From assembly GCF_000007985.2 (NCBI RefSeq), contig NC_002939.5, positions 2,250,001 to 2,282,000 of the forward strand: 32,000 nt of DNA, in the 5' to 3' direction. Origin of the DNA: Geobacter sulfurreducens PCA. GTDB taxonomy: Bacteria > Desulfobacterota > Desulfuromonadia > Geobacterales > Geobacteraceae. The notes below the pieces were generated by a model that was given only the letters and a program-made list of their open reading frames with translations, had not been told where the DNA came from and ran no database searches. Below, one piece after another: positions 26,501 through 32,000 of the stretch. The stretch's first letter is position 1, and the number at the start of each line of letters is the position of its first letter. Made by a program: the position numbers and the translations under genes.

Positions 26501-28845
26501 GCCTTGATATGGAGATTGACCGCCGTCCCCTCGGGGGTAGACTGGTCAGCCGGCATTGTTACCACCGGAGCCCTGTTCGTGTCGGTCACCAGCAGCGTGT
26601 AGGTCTGAGTGGCAAAGAGGCCAGCCGGATCGCTCACCTTTACCGTCACAGTATAGCTGCCGGCATCGGTATAACCAGGATTCCAAGAGATGAGCCCGGC
26701 CGGCGAGATCGTCATGCCCGGGGGGGATGCTGTCAGACTGTAGGTAAGAGCGTCGCCGTCCGGGTCGCTGGCGGAGACGGCGTATCCGTACGCGGCACCC
26801 TCGCTTACCGAGGTGACGGCAGTTGACGTGATGCCCGGCGCACGATTGAGCTTCGTTACCGTTACCGTAAAGGTCTGGGTGGCGGAGAGCGCCCCGTCGC
26901 TTACCGTTACGACAACCGTATGTGCGCCGGCCTGGGATGCGAGAGGAGTCCAGGAGATGGTGCCGTTCGCGGCAATCGACATGCCCGAGGGCGCAGTGGT
27001 GAGTGCATAGGTGAGGGAGTCGCCGTTGGGATCGCTCGCCACCACCTGATAACTGTACAGGGCTCCTTCCGTGGCGCTCGTCACCGGCGAGGAAGCGATC
27101 AACGGAGCTTGGTTGACCTTGCCGTCAGTGACCGTAATGGTGAAGCTCTGGGTTGTCCTGTTGAACTTCGTATCAGTCACCGCCACGATGACATCCCAGT
27201 TGGCCGGTGTCGAGCTTGAGGGTGTCCAGGTGAGGGTGCCGGTGGTCATGCCCATTGCCATGCCGGTGGGAAGCGTTTTGCCCGTGGGCGCGCTGATGCT
27301 GTAGTAGAGCGTGTCCCCGTCCGGGTCCGTGGCGGAGACGGTGTAAGAGTAGAGTTGCCCCACAACGGCGGCTGTCACGGGACTCGATGCAATGACCGGC
27401 GGCCTGTTGGCCGGAGCCACGGCGACCGAGAAGCTCTGGGTAGCGGCGAGCTGACCGTCGCTCACCCGCACGGTTACCGGGAAGGTTCCGGTCTGGCTGT
27501 TCGTGGGGGTCCACTGGACAAGGCCGGCCGAGCTGATTGACATGCCCGACGGCGCGGCGTCAAAGGAGTAGGTCAGTACCGTGCCGGCATCGGCGTCGGA
27601 GGCGCGCACCTGGTACGTGTAAAGGGCGGACGCGGACGCAACGGTTGCGGGCACTGAGGAAATCTGCGGCGGATGGTTGCAGAGCGCGATCGTATCCTGC
27701 ACATAGCGGGGATAGGTTTCATCGCTCAATCCCATGGTCAGGTTGTTGGCCGTGTTTGCCGCGATGTCACGGGGCGAATTGTACAGGACCGTTGCCTGGA
27801 ACGTCTGCTGCCCGGCGCCTTTGGCGAGCAGGGGCAAACTCCAGACAATCTCCCGCGTGTCCGCCTTGTACTCTCCCCCGTTGGTTGCGGAGACAAAGTC
27901 AATGCCGGCGGGTAGCTTGTCTGAAATCAGAAGGTTGTGTAGATCGATGGTATTGACCGTGTTGTCGTAGGTATAGGTGTAGGTGAGCGGCTGAGCGTAT
28001 GCCGCGCACTGGCCGGGATGGGTCTTGGCAAGGAACAGGGGCTTCGAGGGGTACGCCTCGTCGGCAATCTCGAAGGAGACGGAGCCGTTCGCGGGGATCG
28101 CCAGGTCCCACTGGATCGCAAACTGAACGTCCGCATTGGTATTGGTGTACGGGCCGCCGAAATTATCGAGATTGTAAGGAGTGGAGCCATTGGCGAGGAG
28201 GCCGATGAACTGAGTCATGTCGACGCCGTATCTGCTGGGCGAAAGGGTTGACGACTGAACCACGCTGTAGCCGTTGCCGTTCTTGTCGCTGGTACTCGTG
28301 AAGCCGGACTGGAAGGCCCTTTTCCCCACGATGGCCACGTTGTCGTTACTGAAGGGAAGACTCAGGTCGTAATCGGAGTAGGCATAGAAATGGAAGTCAA
28401 GAGGGGAACCTCTAAGGTTCTTGATCGTGATGACTCGTTTCAGGGTGGACCTTTTGCTCCCCGTCGCGCCACCCGTAAGGCGATAGGCAACTTCAACGGA
28501 ATAGGTGCCGTCCAGGGAGGTATAGACAAGGGCAAGCGCCGCAGGGTCCGCCTGGTTCGCCGGACGCGTGACGGTGAACATGCCTTCGGCGTCAACGTCA
28601 TTGGATATCAGCGGATACTCGGGCCCGGAGGTCCCGACACGGCAGTAGAAGCCCAACTGGCTCACTATCTGCTTGCCGTCGATCGTCCAGCCGTATACGC
28701 CGTAGGTGGAGGCATCTTCGAAATTCACCGTGGAATTCCGGCTGGACAGAGTCCAATCGGCAGCCTCCACGACACCGGAGGCAATGCCGAGCCCCACCAG
28801 CACAGCCACCGCGACCGCCCTGCACAAACTTGCTAGAGTTTTCAT
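23506..28845 (-). CDS. Giant secreted repeat protein (1779 aa): signal peptide, unknown beta-rich N-domain, DUF11-like domain, 12 cadherin-like Ig (He_PIG-type) domains, 3 MBG-like domains, C-terminal dockerin-like module
   Basis: The track start at 28851 is a GTG only 3 nt after GAGGAG, so ATG 28845 (spacing 9) is preferred, giving MKTLASLCRAVAVAVLVGLGIASGVVEA/ADW. There are repeated ~90-aa units with D-x-[DN]-x-D...LTY motifs, YDG-type MBG repeats, and a C-terminal DANGNGVVTPGDF...DSNGNGRIDGHDI. No CXXCH, LPXTG or PEP-CTERM motif was seen. Confidence 0.9.
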   Translation of the reverse strand: MKTLASLCRAVAVAVLVGLGIASGVVEAADWTLSSRNSTVNFEDASTYGVYGWTIDGKQIVSQLGFYCRVGTSGPEYPLISNDVDAEGMFTVTRPANQADPAALALVYTSLDGTYSVEVAYRLTGGATGSKRSTLKRVITIKNLRGSPLDFHFYAYSDYDLSLPFSNDNVAIVGKRAFQSGFTSTSDKNGNGYSVVQSSTLSPSRYGVDMTQFIGLLANGSTPYNLDNFGGPYTNTNADVQFAIQWDLAIPANGSVSFEIADEAYPSKPLFLAKTHPGQCAAYAQPLTYTYTYDNTVNTIDLHNLLISDKLPAGIDFVSATNGGEYKADTREIVWSLPLLAKGAGQQTFQATVLYNSPRDIAANTANNLTMGLSDETYPRYVQDTIALCNHPPQISSVPATVASASALYTYQVRASDADAGTVLTYSFDAAPSGMSISSAGLVQWTPTNSQTGTFPVTVRVSDGQLAATQSFSVAVAPANRPPVIASSPVTAAVVGQLYSYTVSATDPDGDTLYYSISAPTGKTLPTGMAMGMTTGTLTWTPSSSTPANWDVIVAVTDTKFNRTTQSFTITVTDGKVNQAPLIASSPVTSATEGALYSYQVVASDPNGDSLTYALTTAPSGMSIAANGTISWTPLASQAGAHTVVVTVSDGALSATQTFTVTVTKLNRAPGITSTAVTSVSEGAAYGYAVSASDPDGDALTYSLTASPPGMTISPAGLISWNPGYTDAGSYTVTVKVSDPAGLFATQTYTLLVTDTNRAPVVTMPADQSTPEGTAVNLHIKASDADNNTLAYSATGLPPGLSINSSSGVITGTLGYTAAGIYSVRVMVGDGITSSSVSFSWTVTDVNRAPGVIAPANRTNVEGTVVNLTVAGTDPDGDALTYSATGLPAGLAINASTGAITGTIDYSAAAGSPYTVTVTATDPSNAKGSASFTWTVTAYVKQTPSISWATPGAITYGTALGGTQLNATASVPGTFVYTPAAGTVLNAGTRTLSVVFTPSDPNAYTSASATVSLTVDKAVASVSLTGLSATYDGTPKAVAASTIPPGLGINLTYAGGSSAPTAAGSYPVVATVTDANYSGSATGTLAIARAVPAISWAEPAAVYAGTVLGSNQLNATADVAGSFSYNPAAGTVLSTAGPVTLTATFTPADAVNYTTATRSVSITVTMAPQQPPAVIKPADQTSDKDVMVNLQIQAIDADGDALTYSASGLPTGLSINSATGLISGIPTTVGTYTITVSVTDGTATTRTTFTWMVIIPPTAPVVTKPADQASPENGSVSLQIQATDVNGDGLTYSAAGLPPGLTMNSKTGLISGNIPYCSAGTYPVTIMAKDPGNLSGSTMFSWVVTKTNVAPIVIKPANQSSPLNNGVSLQIQATDQNCGDSLIYSASDLPSGLAINSGSGLISGTATVAGAYNVVVTVGDGMTTSSTTFSWTVNSQVVNEPPVIISSPILIAEKEKAYRYDVNAVDPNNDALTYRLIQRPSRMTISSSTGLISWTPQDTGSYTVTVEVADAKGLKATQSYTLRVITSNSAPTVTNPGNQTSWEEKPVNLQIRASDSNGDKIFYSATGLPAGLSINESTGLISGTTAAGAAAAGPFTVTVTVSDGSASTSTVFAWTVIPAVVNLPPVVTSAPATAAIRNKIYRYDVNTTDPNGDTVTYKLVTRPSGMSISSSTGLIQWTPKDTGTYPVKVEVSDAKGLKAYQSFTVTVYRRSSDVPAGAVIGFSAQSIMDAFDANGNGVVTPGDFMQILRRGEAGSILPDSNGNGRIDGHDIRTYLGEML
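23509..23715 (-). other. C-terminal dockerin type-I-like duplicated Ca-binding loop-helix module (residues ~1713-1781 of the track ORF)
   Basis: There are two D-x-N-x-N-G-x-[VI]-x-x-x-D loops, each followed by a short helix: DANGNGVVTPGDFMQILRR and DSNGNGRIDGHDIRTYLGE. Confidence 0.55.
23716..25341 (-). repeat. Ig-repeat array II: six cadherin-like (He_PIG-type) domains, order B-B-B-A-B-A
   Basis: Residues 1171-1712. B-type example: VNLQIQAIDADGDALTYSASGLPTGLSINSATGLISG. A-type example: KAYRYDVNAVDPNNDALTYRLIQRPSRMTISSSTGLISWTP. The period is about 265-290 nt and is also visible at DNA level. Confidence 0.8.
25342..26022 (-). repeat. Three MBG-like Ig-fold domains
   Basis: Residues 944-1170. 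ISWATPGAITYGTALGGTQLNATASVPGTFVYTPAAGTVLNAGTRTLSVVFTP, then LSATYDGTPKAVAAS...YAGGSSAPTAAGSYPVVATVTDANY, then ISWAEPAAVYAGTVLGSNQLNATADVAGSFSYNPAAGTVL. Confidence 0.65.
26023..27672 (-). repeat. Ig-repeat array I: six cadherin-like (He_PIG-type) domains, order A-A-A-A-B-B
   Basis: Residues 394-943. Examples are LYSYTVSATDPDGDTLYY, LYSYQVVASDPNGDSLTYAL...GTISWTP and AVNLHIKASDADNNTLAYSATGLPPGLSINSSSGVITG. Confidence 0.8.
27772..27996 (-). other. DUF11-like (conserved repeat domain) module
   Basis: LTYTYTYDNTVNTIDLHNLLISDKLPAGIDFVSATNGGEYKADTREIVWSLPLLAKGAGQQTFQATV matches the remembered DUF11 pattern (..tNtg...v.v.D.LPaG..fvsa...g......v.W.l..l..g...t....v). Confidence 0.5.
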
Positions 28846-28899
28846 TTCCACACGCTCCTCGTACTTGCAGTTCCCGACTGAAAAGGCTCCGTCATAGCG

Positions 28900-29865
28900 T
28901 CATTGAATACGAATATCTATTGTTGCTGCGCGCTTCAGCTCTTCAACGATTTCCTCGACCTTCTTGCGTTGGTAATCCTTTGCCAGATACTGCTCGATGA
29001 AATCCCGCATCTCTTCGAAGGTCCTGACCGTTTCGGGATGCCGTTCCATCACCCTGATAATGTGAAACCCATGGTGCGTCTTGACGATTCCGCTCGTCTC
29101 ACCCGGTTTGAGGGAAAAGGCGACCTGGTCGAACTCGCGCGGCATGAAGCCCCGCTGAATCTCTCCCAGATCTCCGCCCTTGGCGGCACTGGCGCAATCG
29201 GAGCTCTCGCTGGCAAGAACGGCAAAATCGGCGCCGGCGCCAATCCGGTCGCGAATGCCCTCGATCTTTTTCCGGGCCTCCGCCTGAGTCTCCGGGGAAG
29301 CCTCTTTTTCGACCTTCACCAGGATATGCCGGACAGCGATTGTCTCAGGCTTTTTAAAACCGGACTTGTTCTTTTCGTAATAGGCCCTGAGATCCGTTTC
29401 GGGAACCTTGATCGCATCGATGCCGCGCGAGGCCAGATAGGCGTCCACAAGGACGTCGCGGCGAGCGGTGTCGTTAAGTCTGTCCTCGGACGGTGCCACC
29501 ACGCTCCCGCCCCGGGATACGCTCGAACCGATGGCTTCCCGGCGGGCCTGAATCTTTTTGGACAGATCGGCAGGATTCAGCTTTTCGCCCGCCTGGGCCA
29601 GCAACTCCATCGCAATAAGCTTATCGAGCTCCTGGCGCTCGACTCTCTTCTTCTGCTCGTCGGTAACCTTACGCCCGGCTCCCCTCCGTCGACTCAAGGC
29701 AAATTCGACGAAATGATCGAGTTCGTCCCGGAAGATGACGGCGCCGTTCACAACAGCCGCAGCGGCTCTGCCGGAGGGAGCGACGGCCGTTTCGGCGCCG
29801 GGCGCGGACGGAACGCTTCCCAGCAAGCACAGAATGGTAATAATGAGGTTGCGTACTGTCTTCAT
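28900..29865 (-). CDS. Secreted peptidyl-prolyl cis-trans isomerase, parvulin type with a SurA/PrsA-like N-terminal chaperone region
   Basis: Signal peptide is MKTVRNLIITILCLLGSVPSAPGA/E. The PPIC rotamase core is VRHILVKVEKEASPE...DFAVLASESSDCASAAKGGDLGEIQRGFMPREFDQVAFSL...GIVKTHHGFHIIRV. An alternative GTG start at 29883 would overlap the protease stop (GTGA). Confidence 0.85.
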   Translation of the reverse strand: MKTVRNLIITILCLLGSVPSAPGAETAVAPSGRAAAAVVNGAVIFRDELDHFVEFALSRRRGAGRKVTDEQKKRVERQELDKLIAMELLAQAGEKLNPADLSKKIQARREAIGSSVSRGGSVVAPSEDRLNDTARRDVLVDAYLASRGIDAIKVPETDLRAYYEKNKSGFKKPETIAVRHILVKVEKEASPETQAEARKKIEGIRDRIGAGADFAVLASESSDCASAAKGGDLGEIQRGFMPREFDQVAFSLKPGETSGIVKTHHGFHIIRVMERHPETVRTFEEMRDFIEQYLAKDYQRKKVEEIVEELKRAATIDIRIQ

Positions 29866-29879
29866 CGTGCCCGCCCGAC

Positions 29880-31337
29880 TCACAGCTGCTCCGGAACGGC
29901 CGTCACCCGCGCCGATGTTCCCGGTTTGCCGTGGGGGATCAGCACCAGCCTGACAGTGCCGGATGCCGTGTAGCTGAACGATACCGCCCCTTCAGTCCCA
30001 CGCCGGAAGCGGATAAAGCTCACAAGAGGCCCGTCGGCGCTCCCGACGCGGACTTCAAGCGCCTGCAACGTCGCTCCCGTAATGTCCAGCCGGTAGGTCG
30101 AGTTCGCCAGATCAAGGGCTGCAGCAGATGCACACCGTTTCCCCCGCGGCGTGGTGACCACCGTCTCGATGTTCGGCGGCGACAGAACGGCCTTGGCTAC
30201 GTCAACGAGGCCGTAACCATAGTAGATGTCCCTGCCCATTTCACCCAGGTCCCGGGCGGCTGCCGCAAGTCGTTGCCTGACCTCGTCGGCAACGGAGCGG
30301 TTACCGTTGGTGTCGGTGGTGCCGGCCGAGATGAGAAGCGCCGCCGCACCGGTGACATGGGGTGCGGCCTGCGATGTGCCGAAGTTGATGCGGTAGCCGC
30401 CGCCGATCGCCGTGGAATAGATATTGTGCCCCGGTGCGGCCAATTCGACCTGGGGACCGTAACTGGAAAACGTTCCAAGCGTGTCGTCCTGGTAGGTGGC
30501 GGAAACCGCCACGACCGAATCGAAAGCGGCGGGATAGAGTACGGCCCCCGGCGAGAAATTGCCGGCCGAAGCCACCAGCACGATTCCCGATCGATAGGCC
30601 AGATCGCAGACATCCTTGAGCGCCTGGGAGAACTCCATGCTGCCGAAGCTCATGTTGACGACCTGCATCCGGTTCTCGATGGCCCACTCGATGCCGGCGA
30701 TAATGTCGCTCAACTCTCCGCCGAGGCCGCCGTTAAGCACCTTGACCGCATAGAGCTCCGCTGCGGGCGCGACGCCGACCACACCGGTACCGTTGTTGCG
30801 GGCGGCGATGATCCCGGCCACGTGGGTGCCATGGCTGAGGGAGTATGCGTCGTCCATGGGATCGTTGTTGTCTGCTACAAAGTTGTACCCCCCCTTGTAG
30901 TTGTCCTTCAAATCGGGATGCGTGTAATCAATGCCCGTATCGAGCACTGCCACCCGGACCCCCGCGCCGGTGATGCCGGCCGCCGCAACCTGGTCGGCAC
31001 CGATGTGCTGCGCGCCCCACGCTGCGGCATACTCCTCCGGCGAAGCCGCGGCCGGTTCAATGGACGAAAGCACGAAGTCCGTCTCCACGTAGGCAACGTC
31101 GGGATCTTTCTTCAGGCGCTCGATCTCTTCTTCGGACAGGGTTGCCGATATGGCGTTTACCGCAGAGTGCGTCCTCTTGACGCGACCGCCGTGCCGATAG
31201 ACCTTCTCTTTGTGGCGAACGTCCCTTTTTTCCACCGTGGAGCGAAATCCTACAATGACCTTCCTGTCGGCGGCAAAAGCGTCACCCAGAGGAGGCAGCA
31301 GGATAAAAAGAGCCGTAACGGCGAGCAGATACCTCAT
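29880..31337 (-). CDS. Secreted subtilisin-like serine protease (peptidase S8) with an I9-type propeptide and an extra C-terminal beta domain; candidate OzpA-type cytochrome-maturation protease
   Basis: 485 aa. Signal peptide is MRYLLAVTALFILLPPLGDAFA/AD. The propeptide is KVIVGFRS...ISATLSEEEIERLKKDPDVAYVE. The catalytic residues are D133 (VAVLDTGID, codon 30941-30939), H169 (HGTHVAG, 30833-30831) and S322 (GTSQAAPHVTGAAALL, 30374-30372). About 95 extra C-terminal residues follow. Confidence 0.9.
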   Translation of the reverse strand: MRYLLAVTALFILLPPLGDAFAADRKVIVGFRSTVEKRDVRHKEKVYRHGGRVKRTHSAVNAISATLSEEEIERLKKDPDVAYVETDFVLSSIEPAAASPEEYAAAWGAQHIGADQVAAAGITGAGVRVAVLDTGIDYTHPDLKDNYKGGYNFVADNNDPMDDAYSLSHGTHVAGIIAARNNGTGVVGVAPAAELYAVKVLNGGLGGELSDIIAGIEWAIENRMQVVNMSFGSMEFSQALKDVCDLAYRSGIVLVASAGNFSPGAVLYPAAFDSVVAVSATYQDDTLGTFSSYGPQVELAAPGHNIYSTAIGGGYRINFGTSQAAPHVTGAAALLISAGTTDTNGNRSVADEVRQRLAAAARDLGEMGRDIYYGYGLVDVAKAVLSPPNIETVVTTPRGKRCASAAALDLANSTYRLDITGATLQALEVRVGSADGPLVSFIRFRRGTEGAVSFSYTASGTVRLVLIPHGKPGTSARVTAVPEQL

Positions 31338-31416
31338 GGTGCACGTATCCCTTCACGTTCGACGATGGTGAATCACATCGCGAATGCATGTAAATGATGT
31401 CTGGGGAGGAGATGGA

Positions 31417-31441
31417 GGGCAGGGGAACGAATCCCCTGCCC
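31417..31441 (-). terminator. GC-rich stem-loop directly after the upstream ORF stop (attenuator or 3'-end stabiliser; no U tract)
   Basis: GGGCAGGGG and CCCCTGCCC form a 9-bp perfect stem with a 7-nt loop, 17 nt after the TAA at 31459-31461. Downstream is pyrimidine-rich (TCCATCTCCTCCCC) rather than a U run. Confidence 0.35.
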
Positions 31442-31458
31442 CGTTGGTCGGAAAGGTA

Positions 31459-32000
31459 TTACCGTTTGACTTTCTTCGGAGCCGCCAGGATTTTGCCGGA
31501 GAGCGGACCGTTGATGGTTTTTACGGTCACGTAGCCGTTGGTTGCAAAGTCCGGGCTGGTGGCAACCACCTTGGTGTCGCTCCAGGAAATGACGTTTGCC
31601 TGGGTGGTTCCGGCGTACACACCGATACCGGCGTCGTACTCGGAGCTCGGTGCCGGTCCGAAACCGGTGCCGGTAATGGTAAGGGTCTTGCCAGTCGCAA
31701 GGGTGGCGGAGGCAATGATCCGCGCCGGCGCGACGGTCAGCTTGGCAAGGTTGCTGACCTTGTTGGCCTTGGTGATGCGGAGCTCGTAGACGCCTTCAAC
31801 GAGGGCGGGTACGGACACCTTGATCTCGCTTTCGGTGACCGAGAAGGGAGTGAGTGTCAGGCTCGTGCTGCCGCTGACGAGCGCAACAGTGGGCTGATAG
31901 GTGGTCACGCCGTCGGGTCCGACGTTGACGAAGCTGGAGCCGACGATGGTCAGGACGGCTTCCTTGCCCGCGGTGACCGTGTAGCTGCTCTGGCCGTTGA
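31459..32000 (-). CDS. C-terminal ~180 aa of a secreted protein with tandem IPT/TIG-like Ig-fold domains (5' end outside the window); possibly the cleaved C-terminal tail of an OmcZ-type multihaem cytochrome precursor
   Basis: The frame is open from the right edge: NGQSSYTVTAGKEAVLTIVGSSFVNVGPDGVTTYQPTVALVSG...KTLTITGTGFGP...VISWSDTKVVATSP...GYVTVKTINGPLSGKILAAPKKVKR. The track M at 31908 is an internal GTG. No Cys and no CXXCH occur in the visible part. The identity is inferred from synteny with the downstream S8 protease. Confidence 0.6.
   Translation of the reverse strand, partial: NGQSSYTVTAGKEAVLTIVGSSFVNVGPDGVTTYQPTVALVSGSTSLTLTPFSVTESEIKVSVPALVEGVYELRITKANKVSNLAKLTVAPARIIASATLATGKTLTITGTGFGPAPSSEYDAGIGVYAGTTQANVISWSDTKVVATSPDFATNGYVTVKTINGPLSGKILAAPKKVKR

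Noticed and set aside
23716-27672. Regular ~270-290-nt periodicity that might suggest a CRISPR array or satellite.
   Set aside because: The repeats are long, diverged, in-frame and encode Ig-fold protein domains within one continuous ORF. There is no short-repeat and spacer structure.
23506-31337. The giant-protein / PPIase / protease region as a horizontally acquired island.
   Set aside because: There is no flanking tRNA, integrase, transposase or direct repeats. By eye the base composition and codon style match the housekeeping neighbours.
31459-32000. Looked for CXXCH haem-binding motifs to confirm a cytochrome.
   Set aside because: None occur in the visible 180 residues, which contain no Cys at all. 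The cytochrome identity therefore remains a synteny-based inference, not an observation.

Overview
GC-rich chromosomal segment that looks Geobacter-like, judging from gene content, protein sequences and synteny. I support 26 protein-coding genes, tightly packed with many 1-17 nt start/stop overlaps. I saw no rRNA, tRNA, CRISPR array, transposase or integrase.

The left two thirds is mostly housekeeping. It holds secA (5' part, open at the left edge and therefore missing from the ORF track) and a PaaK-like aryl-CoA ligase with indolepyruvate:ferredoxin oxidoreductase (iorA/iorB), divergent from a DctPQM TRAP transporter. Next come an orphan CheX-like gene with a sigma-28-type promoter, a PmbA/TldD-family protease and a GNAT acetyltransferase. 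A c-di-GMP-type signalling triad follows (small protein, HDOD protein, degenerate-receiver GGDEF with a GGDDF motif). The rest is nadK-recN, glgP-rarA-pfkA and plsC-rnhA-HNH-HAD.

The ORF track uses GTG/TTG as M and always takes the longest ORF. I trimmed several N-termini accordingly (iorB, dctP, recN, glgP, rarA, HNH, rnhA, HDOD, the giant ORF). I rejected many long R/G/P/H-rich antisense ORFs.

The stand-out region is 23.4-32.0 kb on the minus strand. It is a co-directional, terminator-bounded cluster of four genes:
- the cysteine-free Ig-fold (IPT/TIG-like) C-terminal tail of an ORF entering from the right edge
- a secreted subtilisin (S8) with an I9 propeptide
- a secreted parvulin/SurA-like PPIase
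- a 1779-aa secreted protein with 12 cadherin-like Ig domains, 3 MBG-like domains and a C-terminal dockerin-like Ca-binding module

The first two genes match the published omcZ-ozpA arrangement of Geobacter sulfurreducens, where a cytochrome nanowire precursor is matured by a subtilisin. As far as I know, the PPIase and the giant dockerin protein have no described role. I propose the four genes form a nanowire maturation and anchoring system, and this is an inference to be tested.
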